DNA of 63,694 nt, the filler included, from Platydemus manokwari (taxonomy: Eukaryota): NCBI GenBank assembly GCA_037951405.1. It is 6 parts of 6 records of this genome, joined end to end, with 100 filler letters (N's around TTAATTAATTAA, not from the genome) between each part and the next. Parts side by side here need not be neighbours in the genome. Positions count along the whole stretch, not along the records: positions 11,142 to 20,322 come from JBBMOY011287095.1; positions 20,423 to 29,340 come from JBBMOY011329872.1; 4 more parts are not named here. One strand, written 5' to 3'. The stretch's first letter is position 1. Each line of letters starts with the position of its first letter. The notes under the pieces are model-generated. The model did no database searches. It saw only the letters and a list, made by a program, of their open reading frames with translations, and had not been told where the DNA came from. Positions 14,801 through 27,649 of this stretch are shown one piece after another. The translations under genes and the position numbers were made by a program.

Positions 14801-15312
14801 ATTACTTTTATTTCTACAAAACATTATAGTTAATTCATACAAATGTCCAATCTATTAATAAAATTCGTATCAGTCATTTACTTAAAGTAGATCACGTGAT
14901 TTTTCAACTGAATAATAATAGGCCAACCTTATACCATTTTAATCATCATATAATTTAACCTATCTATACTGCATAGTAACCATGACGGACGAAATGCGTA
15001 ATGGAAATAAAAATAACATTAATAAAATTCGTAACCGGGACTGATAATAATTTTATACACTAAGTAACTGTTCCAATATCTGTCATCGTATGTACAACAA
15101 TGATTTGCATTACGTATTCAGCTCGCACACACAACTTGTTTGCCATTCATGAAGACGCGCTGCCTACATAAAGTAAGTTGTGCAAGTATGTCAACTCTAT
15201 TCTGACCATATGATGTGTCAAATTTGGCAACCAATGAAATCACGATGAAGAAAATTTTGACTATAAATACGATCTGCTTTTGGATTAAATTGTCTCTAAT
15301 ATTTTTTTTGAA

Positions 15313-16667
15313 ATGAATGGAAATTCCGTCAACACCTTTTTGTTCACTTCTGAATCGGTTGGTGAAGGCCATCCTGGTAATTTTTTTTGTTAATAATTAT
15401 GAATTATGGTATAAAATTATCTATGCGTAGATAAAATTTGTGATCAAATAAGCGATGCTATTCTAGACGCTCATTTGAGTCAAGATCCAAATGCAAAAGT
15501 TGCTTGTGGTAATTTTAAAAATATGTTTTAAAATGTTTAGTATTTTAAATATAGAAACTTTTACCAAAACTGGTATGATTTTGGTTGGTGGAGAAATTTC
15601 TTCTAAATCTGTTATCGATTATCAGAAAATAATCAGAGATACAATAAAAAACATTGGGTATGATCATTGTGAGAAAGGGTTTGACTATAAAACATGCAAT
15701 GTTTTGCTGGCTATCGAAGAGCAGAGTCCTGATATTGCACAAGGAGTTCATCTTGAAAGAAATTCAGAAGATATCGGAGCCGGAGATCAGGGTCTTATGT
15801 TTGGTTATGCCACTGATGAAACTGAAGAATGCATGCCACTGACAGTGGTTTTGGCCCATGCATTAAATAGAAGATTGGCAGAATGTAGGCGAAATGGAGT
15901 TTTGCCTTGGCTCCGACCTGATACAAAAACTCAGGTTTAAGCTTTTTGCAGCGTTATATTTTATGTACCGAAAAATGTTTTATAGGTTACCGTTGAATAT
16001 ATGTCAGATAACGGGGCATGTGTACCTTTGAGAGTTCACACAGTTGTCATATCAACACAACATGATGAGAGTATAACTCAGAAACAATTACATCAGTCTT
16101 TGTTAACAGAAGTTGTTAAAAAAGTCATTCCAGATCATTACTTAGACGAAGATACTGTTTACCATTTAAATCCAAGTGGAAGATTTGTTATTGGAGGACC
16201 ACAGGGTGATGCTGGGTTAACGGGTCGAAAAATAATTGTTGACACTTATGGAGGTTGGGGAGCTCATGGAGGTGGAGCATTTTCTGGTAAAGATTTCTCC
16301 AAAGTAGATAGAAGTGCTGCATATGCTGCTAGATGGGTTGCACTCTCGCTGGTTAAAGCGAAATTATGTCGACGAGTTTTAGTTCAAGTTTCTTATGCTA
16401 TAGGTATATCTCATCCCCTGTCGATATATGTCGACAGTTATGGCACATGCAAGAAATCAGATTCAGACTTGTTGAGAATTGTTAAAGAAAATTTCGATTT
16501 ACGTCCTGGACACATTGTCAAGTACGCTTGTTATGATCAATACTTAGTTAATATTTCGTTTTAGAGAACTTAATCTGCGCCAACCAATCTATAGGCAAAC
16601 TGCTTGTTATGGTCATTTTGGTCGCAAAGAATTTCCTTGGGAAAAACCTAAGAAACTCAATTTTTAA
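15313..16667 (+). CDS. MAT: S-adenosylmethionine synthetase (methionine adenosyltransferase), 5 exons: 15313-15376, 15431-15508, 15555-15934, 15986-16521, 16565-16667
   Basis: Spliced product [34 protein letters not shown]...[12 protein letters not shown]...[34 protein letters not shown]...[12 protein letters not shown]. Four GT-AG introns of 54, 46, 51 and 43 nt restore the frame. Confidence 0.98.
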
Positions 16668-19559
16668 AGAATATTGGTGTATATAATAAATTATTGCTCT
16701 AGACAGCTGTGCATAATTTATTGGTTCCTATTTTTAGTAACAAAATTGATATCTTTTTGGGTTTCATGTTTTTGATAAAAGTGCCTCGAATTTTTGTGAT
16801 AATTATTAAAAAAAATACATAAATGAAAGCCTTTATTCTTTTGAGAATACTAGTCGGCAACATATCGCTAAAGCTTAAATATGATATTGAATACACTTTT
16901 AACAGATGAGTCGATTAGCGAAATCAATTTAGGTTGTACATTGATTTTTAATGGATTTAAAATTGATTGTTATCATTGCTAAATTAAGTACTTGAGTTTT
17001 ACTATCGAAAATCACTGACACGTGTTTACACTGATTCATTTTCTATTTATATCCACCAATAAAATTATTTCCCTTGTTGCAACAACCCAAAATTTTATAA
17101 GTTTACCCAATTTTATACTGACTATCGGTGACATCTTCAAAAATGGATTGTATCAACTACATTCTTGCTAAAGCGACTCAAAAATTTTGAAATGATGTTT
17201 TCGCTTCCAAATAATTATTGACAACATTAATAATATGACGAGAAATTGATTTTCAAATTATTGAAATTCTCAGAATGCGTGATTTTCTAAAAATAATTAT
17301 AATTGTCTTTCAGTTTTTAAAATTCAGTTTCAGATGCTTGTTAATTTTCATTAGTTTGGTAAAGCTATGAATGTGTTTGATTTGTATAGTTTTGCTGATT
17401 CATCAATACTATAATTGAACGTCTATATTTATGCGTTAAAATGAGAAATTAGATTATACTGATTTAACCAACCACATATCTTCTTAAATGATTCAATAAT
17501 TCCCAATACAATCCTTCTGAATGAAAATAATACGAATAGTGCAAGTCGAGTAAAATACAGAAATGAATCTGAAAATGCTGGTGTATCAATATTTTTGAAT
17601 TTATGTACAAATTACTTCCGTTAAAACTATATTTAGCTTGATTTAATTTAAAAATTGTATCTTACTACAAAATCAATAACGTATTATAGATTATCTTTTA
17701 ATATCTATTTAACTAAACTATTTTATGTATAATTTTTTAATGGAGAAATGAAATGAATAATATTATCAATAATTATTATTTTAAATCATTTACCACAAAT
17801 AATTATAAATAAATGGGTCAATTACTTTATATCGAACTGTTGTGGTTGGGTCTTATACATTGTTTTTATTATCAATGTATATTTTACTTTATTGGCGATC
17901 ACTGTCGTCTAATCAGTCTCACTGAGTTCATTTAAGGCCTCCTGTGCAATCTCACTTTTATTAGATGTTATTTTCACCTTGAAAAATTGCATTATATGAA
18001 GCCAATAAGTGTGCTAATAGTGATCCAAAATTTTTAATGTCCCTTTAATCAATCTCAACTTTATTCTTTACTTTATCACTATTACGCTTATTGATATCAG
18101 TGATTTCTTTATGCTATATTGTGATTACTTCTTCAATCAATAAACGCTAATTTGAGGTGTAAAACTTTATTGCTAAATGACACTGATACAATGTTGAGCA
18201 ATGAACAAAAATATAAAAGTTACAAATAATTTTAGAACTACTTCCAACACAGAACTTTATGGTCAACCTTAACAATTCGTCGATGAAGCACTTTAAGATG
18301 TTCAAGACAAAGCTCGATAATAAGAGATAGGATATTAACGGTCAATTGTTTACCCAATGTGTTCGGAAAATATCGACAGACTGCTTCTCTACTCAGATAG
18401 TGAAGAAACTGAGAGTGAACCAGAGGACGAAAAAGTATCCATGACTTCATACGGTGCATAGAAAAGGAAGAATGTAGACTCAAGGATGACAAGATATCAA
18501 ACAGCAACCAAGAACTATAATCTGGTGGATAAAGAATCAAAAATTAAAATTTAAGCCCATAACACCTGGCGGTATTGGCCCAGTCTAAACAAGAACTGGG
18601 AAAAGTTAGAAAAAGACCTAAGGTAAGAACAGCCTAAGTGTGGATTTAGATGCTTGAGGTCTAGATAGAACATATCCAAGAACAAATCTTCGAACTCCTT
18701 CGAGATCCATAAATCAATTCAAAACATATTTATAATTTAAAATTTTATCATTCTTTCTCGACTTGATATCGATTTAATTCGTCATGAAGGTTGATTTATG
18801 ATTTGAGATTTTATTGTACAAAAAAATTGTAATTTATTGATACGATTAATGACTTGTACAAAATAACTGGAATATTTGTAAAAATTAAAAGAGCATAAAA
18901 TGGTAATAATAAAAAAATATTATTATTTATATAAATTTGATTATTTAAGGCAAAATAAATTATAAAAAATTATAAATATTATTTGAATAAAATTTATGAT
19001 ATCAAATTATAAATAAAATATAAATTATTAAGATACAATGTATTAAAAATGAACAAATTTGTGAGCGTGATGAAAAAATCCTAGGTGCAAAGTTCCTATC
19101 ATCAGCAAGTTTATTAGTTGATGGATTTTCATCACAAATCACTCTCACAAAAATTCGTAAAAGAATAATTTGAAAAAATTTAATTAATTATAAAAGACAC
19201 AATCTTGTCATTAATAATAATAAACCAATCGTGTTATAACTAACAACATAAAAAATAATATCCACAAATCGACAAATGAAACACAAAATATCTTCGAGCA
19301 ATCAATGAACAAACATCTTTCTTCAATTTTAAAAGAGGCTAGTAGTTTTTAAATTAATCGCTCATTACAACGGATTTTCCCCTCTATTTATACTATCTCT
19401 TGGATGATTATTAATTTATTTAAAAATAGCGAGGACTCCTTTTTAGTAGTAAAAACATCGGTTGTTTCCATAAAAATTTATTGTTTCAAAAGTTACACGC
19501 GTGTTTTGCGAACCTTTAAACAAATCTAAGATTTATCCAACTTCTCTCTCCCTTTGTTT

Positions 19560-20322
19560 TTGAGATCTTTTTAACCACTTAATTCTTCGAGGTTTTGGCT
19601 GTCCCTAGAAATCAAGAAACACTTTATATGATCTTAAAATTTTTAAAATTCTGTGAGGACCTTCATAACGGTCTTTGTTCTTCTTTATCTCGTGTATTTC
19701 TTTCTTCGCTAAAACTTCTACTCAAACAGTGAAAATTCTACTACCTCTTTTTTTAGCATCGAATTTCCTTAAATTTGTGGCTACTGATTTTAGTTGGTTT
19801 TCCGTTTCTTTGATGATCTGATGTCATCCAACTGGCCTAGAACGCCGTCAATCGCTCCGAAACTAGCGTCGGTATCTAAAATCATTTCTTTGTTTGGATT
19901 AGGAAAGGTTTCAAAACTTTTCTCACACTCTGTAGTTCACTCCAATTTCTTGTCACTTGCGGCCATCATTGCATGTAACGGAGCCGTAATTAATGCGTAT
20001 TCTGTGATAAATTGCCTGTAATAGTTGCATAATCATAGAAACGATTTCACTGGGTCATGCAACCGGGTTTTATTACTTCCTTAATCTTCTTTACCTTGTC
20101 TTCATTAGTTTTTATACCTTCTGCACTAATCGTATAACCCAGGAAATTCAATTTTCTAGTGCCAAAAGCACATTTTTTGGGATTGATTTTCAAAACTGAT
20201 GATTTTATCAATCTGAAAACCTTGTCTAATTTCCCATTGTGTTCCTCTACTGTTCTTCCATACACTAAAATATAGACCAGACAAACAAGAACGCCTTTGT
20301 AAATCAAGTCCTTGAATATAGT
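19560..20322 (-). mobile_element. Ty3/gypsy pol remnant (RT C-half, RNase H start, integrase GPY/F tail), internally deleted, cut by contig end
   Basis: TVEEHNGKLDKVF...KINPKKCAF...FLGYTISAEGI...LCNYYRQFI..YALITAPL...WTTECEKSFE...ILDTDASFGAI.GVLGQ, then DRYEGPHRIL near 19660. Catalytic YxDD has decayed to CLVY. Confidence 0.9.
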
Positions 20323-20422
20323 NNNNNNNNNNNNNNNNNNNNNNNNNNNNNNNNNNNNNNNNNNNNTTAATTAATTAANNNNNNNNNNNNNNNNNNNNNN
20401 NNNNNNNNNNNNNNNNNNNNNN
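20323..20422. other. Artificial contig-joining linker
   Basis: N44-TTAATTAATTAA-N44. Confidence 0.97.

Positions 20423-20498
<76 letters not shown>
20423..20498. repeat. (TATC)19 / GATA microsatellite at contig edge
   Basis: Perfect tetranucleotide tandem, directly visible. Confidence 0.97.
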
Positions 20499-21728
20499 GG
20501 AGAGATGACTGTGGCTTTGAATTCTCTGTTTGGTGAATTATTTGGAGTCGGATTCGAATTTACTATCATTAATGATGAGAAAATAGAAATACAAAACCTT
20601 CCAGCGGTAGACTAGATGTTGAGATTTTCTATGCTTCTTATATGTATCATTATCGAGCATTACATTTGATAGTCATCAGACCAAATATTTTATAGTTTAT
20701 TCTTTTCATCAGTATCAGAACTAACCTCGAATATACCGCTTAATATCTGCCACTCAGTACTGGACTCTATTCATTTTCTTATCAACATTATCGCTTACAG
20801 AATCGGTAAATAAATTACGACAAAATTTTCACTTTTTCTGAATTAAATTTCAAATTTTCTCATCAATAGCTGCAACGAAATTGCAATAATTGATGAAAAA
20901 AATGTTTCAATAATTTTAATAAAATTCAGATAAAAAAAATAAATTTTTCTCTCAATCATATTTCTTACAACAAAAAATCGAAAACAAATAATTCTATCAT
21001 TGGTCTATCGATGAAATTCTTATCAAAGTTCAGTTTGGGATAAATTCTCCATTGTTAATGTTTACATTGATGTCGAGTCAACTTTTCAATGATCGATGAG
21101 TGTAATTTGGGATTTATTAGAAATGAATAATCGAGAAATATTTCTATCATCATTTATAAGCCATCGTTAATTTTGGAAATTCTTGTTTACTGTTTCTGGT
21201 TGGTGAAACGTATGTGGGAGAAAATGTGTTTATTATGTCGGGATTAAAAAGTATAATCCATTTAATGGCCTAATCATAAGCAGGAATAATTTCAGTCTCG
21301 AAACACCAAAAACATTCATGCGTAGAGATAATTCTCATCAATTCGTCGGTACATTTTCATTGAAATAAACCGCTATTGATTTATCTTTTTATTTATTTTT
21401 CCTGGTGATTTTCAAATGAAATTGTAATTTTAAAGTGTCTGTAAATTTGTTGGAAAAATTCCTTGCGTTGCCTTGGTGATAAATGATGAATAAATACAGC
21501 ATGATCTCTCGTGACACACTTACACACTATCGAGGTGCCAACAGTGAATACACAATTACAACATGTGTATTTTATTATTTTATTTAATATTATGAATGAT
21601 CAATTATCATTAATAAACTTTTTATTAAATTTTCAGTTTTAATATTATAAAAAATCTATTATATAATTCTTGAAAAATTTACATTTTTTTTCATCTTTTT
21701 TTTCGAATTAATAAAGAAATTATCTTAC

Positions 21729-21881
21729 GTGTTTCAGCACCAATAAGTGATCGACCAAGAAGACCAATTCACTCTTAAATAACTCCCATACGGCGTCACG
21801 TCTGCGACATTCCATGTCTGGAACTAGGGTTTCCGTTTCGAGTTTATTAGAATGGGGAATTAAATCAGTCCAGTGCAAATC
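21729..21881 (-). CDS. Single internal exon of a Dbl-homology RhoGEF, PLEKHG7/PLEKHG5-like
   Basis: ttttag|GAT...CAC|gtaag, 153 nt, phase 0/0: DLHWTDLIPHSNKLETETLVPDMECRRRDAVWELFKSELVFLVDHLLVLKH. This matches the DH helix-1 pattern EAVWELFxSExxY/FxxDHLLVLK. Not in the ORF track. Confidence 0.8.
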
Positions 21882-23299
21882 CTAAAATAGAAATTGAAAT
21901 AGAACAATTTTATTTTATGTGGTATTCATAAAAATTCGAATATATGAACTTCAAACTTGATTTGTGTCATTTGTGTGACTGGGAATTCAGAAATATCTCC
22001 ATAAAATTACTTCAGTTAACGAATTTTAACTCGATTTATATTCGTAGTTATTTTGTACTAATTTGAATAACGGATATCATATAAAATTGATAAGCGTGGT
22101 TCGACACTAAGATAGCAATATTCGTTGTGATGCTTGCAAATATTGTATTTCCAGATGTATAATCGAATAGATAGTTTTGGTTTATTTTCTTTACAAATAA
22201 TATTTAAATCGCCTCCTAAGACTGATGTAAATTTGAAGTGTTGCTGCACTCCATTTTCGAATCAACCATATTAATTTCCCGATATTGGATTAGGTGTTTC
22301 TTTGCCTGGCTTTAAATTGGGGGGTATGTGTGCATGATGGTGATAAATGGCTTTCAACTATATCAAGGATTGATGATATCTGGTCTTCGGTTTGTTTCAC
22401 ATTATTTAATTATATAAAAATGAATTCGATTGGAATCAAAAAATACTGAAATTCTAAAAATTAGTTATAATAATTATTACTATAAATCAATATTGATTAT
22501 AATATTATTTCATTTCCGATCATAATTTGATATGATCCAATAAACCAATCAAATGTGTACATGACAAATGATACAAGCTGATCTAAGCGTTGGAAATCCT
22601 CGTCTTCCAAAGTGACTACAAATTCTTAAGCAATTTTCATGTCGTAGTTTTAAATGGGTTTTTAAATATTTTTTATTGATTTCGCCTCTTTCGAAATTCA
22701 AAACTGGAAATAATTATTAAAATTCCTTCAACCGTGTTTTGATTTATTGGAAAAATTTTACAATTATCCAAATTAGAAGTTCTTGTTTTTTGCAATTTTG
22801 TTGAAATGTCATTTAAAATCGAAAAATAGATTTGTTTATTTGGTCACCTCTCATTAATAATTCAAATGTTTTCGAACACATTTAATATATTGTCTAAATA
22901 CAATCCTTTCTCATTATATAATGATGCTTTAGTTAGACAAATGATTACAATGATGTGAAACACAATGATCACATTGCAACAATAAATTATGTTTTTTTTC
23001 TGTTTAAAATGAGAAATCATGAATTTTAAGTTATAATAAAATATTCTCCACATTTTCAACATATTTTGAAGCTTTAATAAAGTAATGAAAATTTTCGGCT
23101 TAAGTTAAGAAAAAGGGTTCTTTGATCCCACTTGAACGTAATGATTTTTCGCGGGTTATTTAATTTTAAAATTCTAATCATAATTTAAAGAAATTTTTAC
23201 ATTAAATTAAATTTTGAATTAAAAAAGAAAAAATAACTCTAACAATCCTTATATGTTATGAATCACTGTTTCACAAACCTACAATTAAATAAAAGTATC

Positions 23300-23900
23300 A
23301 TTTTAAATATGACATTTCTATTTCGATGGGCTTCAAATGAGGATTAAAAACAAGAAGCAGTTCTTTCTTACTATAAATCTATAGTATTTCAACGACTCAA
23401 ATACTATGTCTTCGACGTCAGCTATTATATACCGTTCGCTCAAAATGGGCCTCATCAATTTCTACGACGATATTTAGACCTGGACTTATATTTCTATACC
23501 AAGCTATTTCTTCATAGGAGTGGAATCTACAAATTTTGTACCTTAATAAATAATTTTGAATTCGTAGTTTTATTTTAATAAAAGTCGTCATCATTTGCTG
23601 ATAGTCGGTTTCCTTATGGAGGTCATTTGGTTTTGTGTGAACCTCTTGCACTATAAATACCTTGTTCAGAATGTCGAAAAAGGACAAGGTCGAATTGTTG
23701 AACCAATTGCCTATTCGAATTCCAAAACTTCTTGAAAAGTTGTGGCATCTCTATCCATACGATTTATTTGATTTGGATCAAATTTTGATTTCATTACACC
23801 ATCGAGAGGTTTTAGATCTATGTATCCAATCTATTAAATAGATATTAAAACACTTACTTTGAGATAAAATACAAATACTTAGTTCCTGGTCCTCCTTAAT
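23300..23900 (-). mobile_element. Merlin (IS1595/IS1016-like) transposase remnant
   Basis: PGLNIVVEIDEAHFERTVYNS*RRR resembles the Merlin motif GxGxxVEIDESxFxxxKYNRGR; frameshifted and truncated. Confidence 0.7.
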
Positions 23901-24369
23901 GATTACCAAATCACCTTTTTATAAAACATCTAAAATCTCAGATATTGTTCATTTGCTTCTAATGTTAAAAAAGTGGTCTTCGATAATTTTCAGCTAATCA
24001 CATTTTGACCTACTTTGACACGTTTTTCAAATAATTAATTTTTAGTAGATTTTAAAAATTCTGTCTGTATATTATTTGATTCTAAACGACTAAAATTTTT
24101 CTCAAGTACAAAAATAAAAAGTTCAAAAATGTTTTTAAAGATTATAATTAAATAAACTATATAGATTTTTGCTTATTTAAAATTTTATTTTAGGATCATC
24201 AAATTTTCAAATAAATTTTCACTAATATAATATTCTCAGAACCTTATTTATTGATTTATAATGTGTATAATGGAGTTTCAATTAAATAAAATGGTGCTTA
24301 TCTTTATTTTTCATTAAAAAAAATTAATGAAAATAATCCGAATTTTACAATAACGGTTATAATTTAGTA

Positions 24370-24597
24370 CAGGAGTCTCTAAACTTTTTTAGCAAGGGGC
24401 CACATTGCTGATTTTTTAAAATTTGGAGGGCTAAAACTATGATAGGTTTACAAAAATTGTGGTTCAAAATGAGTAGTTGAAATCATTAACAAGTCATTTA
24501 AATTTTCATCAGACAACCGTGACCTGTAGCAAGATTTTGGTCATAATGTTCGTGTGTTTCATAGTAAGCTTAGCGGGCCGTACTTTAGAGACCCCTG
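24370..24597. mobile_element. hAT (Charlie/Buster-type) MITE, 228 bp
   Basis: TIRs CAGGAGTCTCTAAAC and (reverse complement) CAGGGGTCTCTAAAG match 13/15. Flanking 8-mers atttagta / ttttagtc match 6/8 with central TA, as expected for a decayed hAT TSD. Confidence 0.85.
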
Positions 24598-25094
24598 TTT
24601 TAGTCAATACAGATTTGCAGATTCAAATTGTTATTTGATAACAAAACAGGTGTATTCAAAACTATTGGTACTTGATTCATGGTCCCTATGAAGCATTAAT
24701 TGCTCGTAGTTGACTGATAAACTTTGATTTCTCATCACCATTGTAATCCGCTACTATTTTATAAAGCACTCTTTGGAAACTGATGGAAAACTAATTTAAC
24801 ACAAAATAATATATCTAACTGTTATCATTTAAAAAAATTAAAAATTTACACATTTTATATGAAATTTAAATCAAATATTTCAAAATTTAATTCATTTTAC
24901 AATTCTCACAGCTAAATTTCTCATAAGCACTGTAATCCAATACATGATAAATTATTAGATGATTCTATGTAAAAATTAACCAATAATTTCAAAAGGAAAA
25001 TCATCAAAATTGTTTTTTTTATTATAAATTTAAAAACGAAAACAAATAATGCAAAGAGAATTAAACTTTACAGTATTGATTTCTTTTTAATATT

Positions 25095-25622
25095 TTACAA
25101 ATCAATAAAATCTAGAGAATCTGAATCATATTGAATTTGACGAATCGGCTTAGGTTTCTTATCTGTATTGTCGTTTTCAATTTCTGCTTTGTTCAGATGT
25201 TTAGAACTTATTGATTTGTAAATCTTTTTAAAATTAAACATCGCAGCATGAGATGTCAGTGCTGACTCCAACGATTTCTTCGATGGTTTTTTAGATTTAC
25301 TAATGAGCATTTTATAATTAGATACTTTTGCTTTTTCGGATTTTTTGTTCAACCTCTGTCTACGGTTCCTTCTTTTGTGCTTTGGCAGTGATCCACTGTG
25401 ACTTGCTTCATCCTGATCGATATCGAATATATTGCTTATTGGCAGATAAACTGGATTTCGTAATTGTTTCAGACAGTAACACACAAGATAAAGGAAACAC
25501 CACGACCAGATACCAATGATAAAAACAGATGTTGTGATAACCGCTGCTATTGATATTTCCGGATCATTTTCTTTTTTCATCAGAAAATAATTCGTGGAAT
25601 TAATTGAGATATTTGTATTCAT
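25095..25622 (-). CDS. Uncharacterised single-pass membrane protein (~175 aa)
   Basis: Long uninterrupted ORF in very AT-rich DNA. Short N-terminus with NxS/T sites, one hydrophobic helix (ISIAAVITTSVFIIGIWSWCFLYLVCYCL), basic cytoplasmic tail. First ATG is at 25622 (the track starts at an upstream TTG). Confidence 0.6.
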   Translation of the reverse strand: MNTNISINSTNYFLMKKENDPEISIAAVITTSVFIIGIWSWCFLYLVCYCLKQLRNPVYLPISNIFDIDQDEASHSGSLPKHKRRNRRQRLNKKSEKAKVSNYKMLISKSKKPSKKSLESALTSHAAMFNFKKIYKSISSKHLNKAEIENDNTDKKPKPIRQIQYDSDSLDFIDL

Positions 25623-27649
25623 GTTCTTCAATTCATTATTTAAGTTAACAATTTTCAAAAATAATTCCTACGATATGATGATTGGATAAAAAAAATGAAA
25701 ACCTTATGTCATATACAAAAATCAATATCGAGCAGAACGGTAAAATAATTGTACCAAATACATTGCTTCGGATATCACATTACGTTTCATATCGCAAATG
25801 AATATGTTCATAAATCAACAGGATTACAAGTAACCAATGGAAAACATGCATGATTAATTGGGAAATATCTTTCGTGTAATAAATACAGTAATCTAAATAT
25901 TTATCATATTTAGTCATGAAAAAAAATCGATATCTTAAACGAAACTGTAATTCAAATAGATTTTGTGGCTGTATTTTTAAAATTAAAGATTTTCAAATGT
26001 TAGTACGGCCATTGTAGTTGTTGTAAATATTGTAACATGTTTTTCGGTGGTTTTATGAGGATATTCTCAATAAATCTGATTCCAACTTTTGATTTTCTAC
26101 TTAATATGCTGATAAAATAAAATATCAAGTAATACATAAATAGCTAGACAACACAAATCAATAAAATATATTCAATAAACCAAGTAAAAATATCTGGCTT
26201 TAAATTAATATGTAATATGGTAAACTATTTAGTTGTATCGAACAAACTATTTAGTGAAATGATTCAAAGTGTTCTTAAAATTGGCCAGTGACTCTTGCGA
26301 TTCGTAAAAAATAATAGCAAGCTTACAGTGGAATTTTATATATTTTAATGAAGTTACATCACTATAAGAATCATAGGTCGTTTAGACAGATCAAAATTTA
26401 TTCATCATTTTTGGCATAAAAGTTCAAGAATTTTCAAATTAATACTTTGCGTTCTCTGAAATGGATTTTGCTTTTATAAATTGTGTTGTATGAATATTGA
26501 AAATATCTACCAATTTCAAGTACTAAAATAAATATATAATCTTAACATTATATTTTCAGGCCGATTCAAGTGCTTACATGCTGGATTATCCTAATTGCTT
26601 TTTCTGTTCAACTCTTCGATTTGTTGACTAAACTAATCTTCATTCCTTTTGTCTAAACTTGGTGACGAATGATATCAATTTGTTTCTGTCTTTTTTTTAA
26701 ATAAAATACTGTGTCCAAAGGAATTATTTTGCATTTGTGTGTTGAGATTCAAACTCATCGAATCAAAATAAATTGTTTTTGACAATGATCAACCAAATCC
26801 AATATTCTAATTAAATCACATCGAGGCTTTGAGGTCAGTGAATCTCAGACATGCACTTTAGGACGCACTCTTCAACAATTAGCCTACAATCTTTCCCGCC
26901 AATTATCTAGATATTGTTCAATGCAAATTTCAATTGTCTATAATTCACTAAAGAAGGCACAAGTGGATTTCGAACATTAGTGCATGAACAGTGGCAATAA
27001 TTATGGTGCTAGGCATTAGCAATCATTATCGTGATTAACGATATCAACATTTGTTATGTCTGTATAATTGTCTCATTCATTATTACAAGTTAATATTACA
27101 TTTTATTTACACATTGTTTTACTTATTTTTCATGTATAAGAAACAGTGTGTTGTAACGTGAAAATAAGTAAAATTAATAGACTTTTAAACCATTATACAA
27201 ATAAAACTCATTTAATAAAGTAGTCTGTTAAGCCAATAATATAATAATATACACAATTTATAATTATTCAAAGGCGAGAGGCGATTGATGACAACCATTT
27301 ATTTCAAATTTTTTCTACTACATTGATAAACAATTTAATAGTAACTCACAAGAAAGTCATTCAACTTTTATATAAGTAAAATAATCGATATCTTGTTCTA
27401 TTAAGTAACGTTTGAAAATAAAAAGTAATGGCTTGTTATTTCCATTTTCCTTTTGCAAACACATAGAAAATGTCATTTCACCAAGCACTTCAAAATCCCG
27501 CACTTAAAGTAAATAATCTACAATTCTCTTCAGTTGGTTTTTTTTCATTATTCGAAGAATTTTTTGATTCATATCAAGTCATAGTTATAATTCATTATTA
27601 AAATTACCCCATTAAAATCTTTTATATAAAATATGGATTCTCTTAGTCA

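Noticed and set aside
15118-15842. Track ORFs overlapping MAT (15118-15372 -, 15545-15751 -, 15654-15842 +)
   Set aside because: Shadow frames of a conserved gene with no independent signal.
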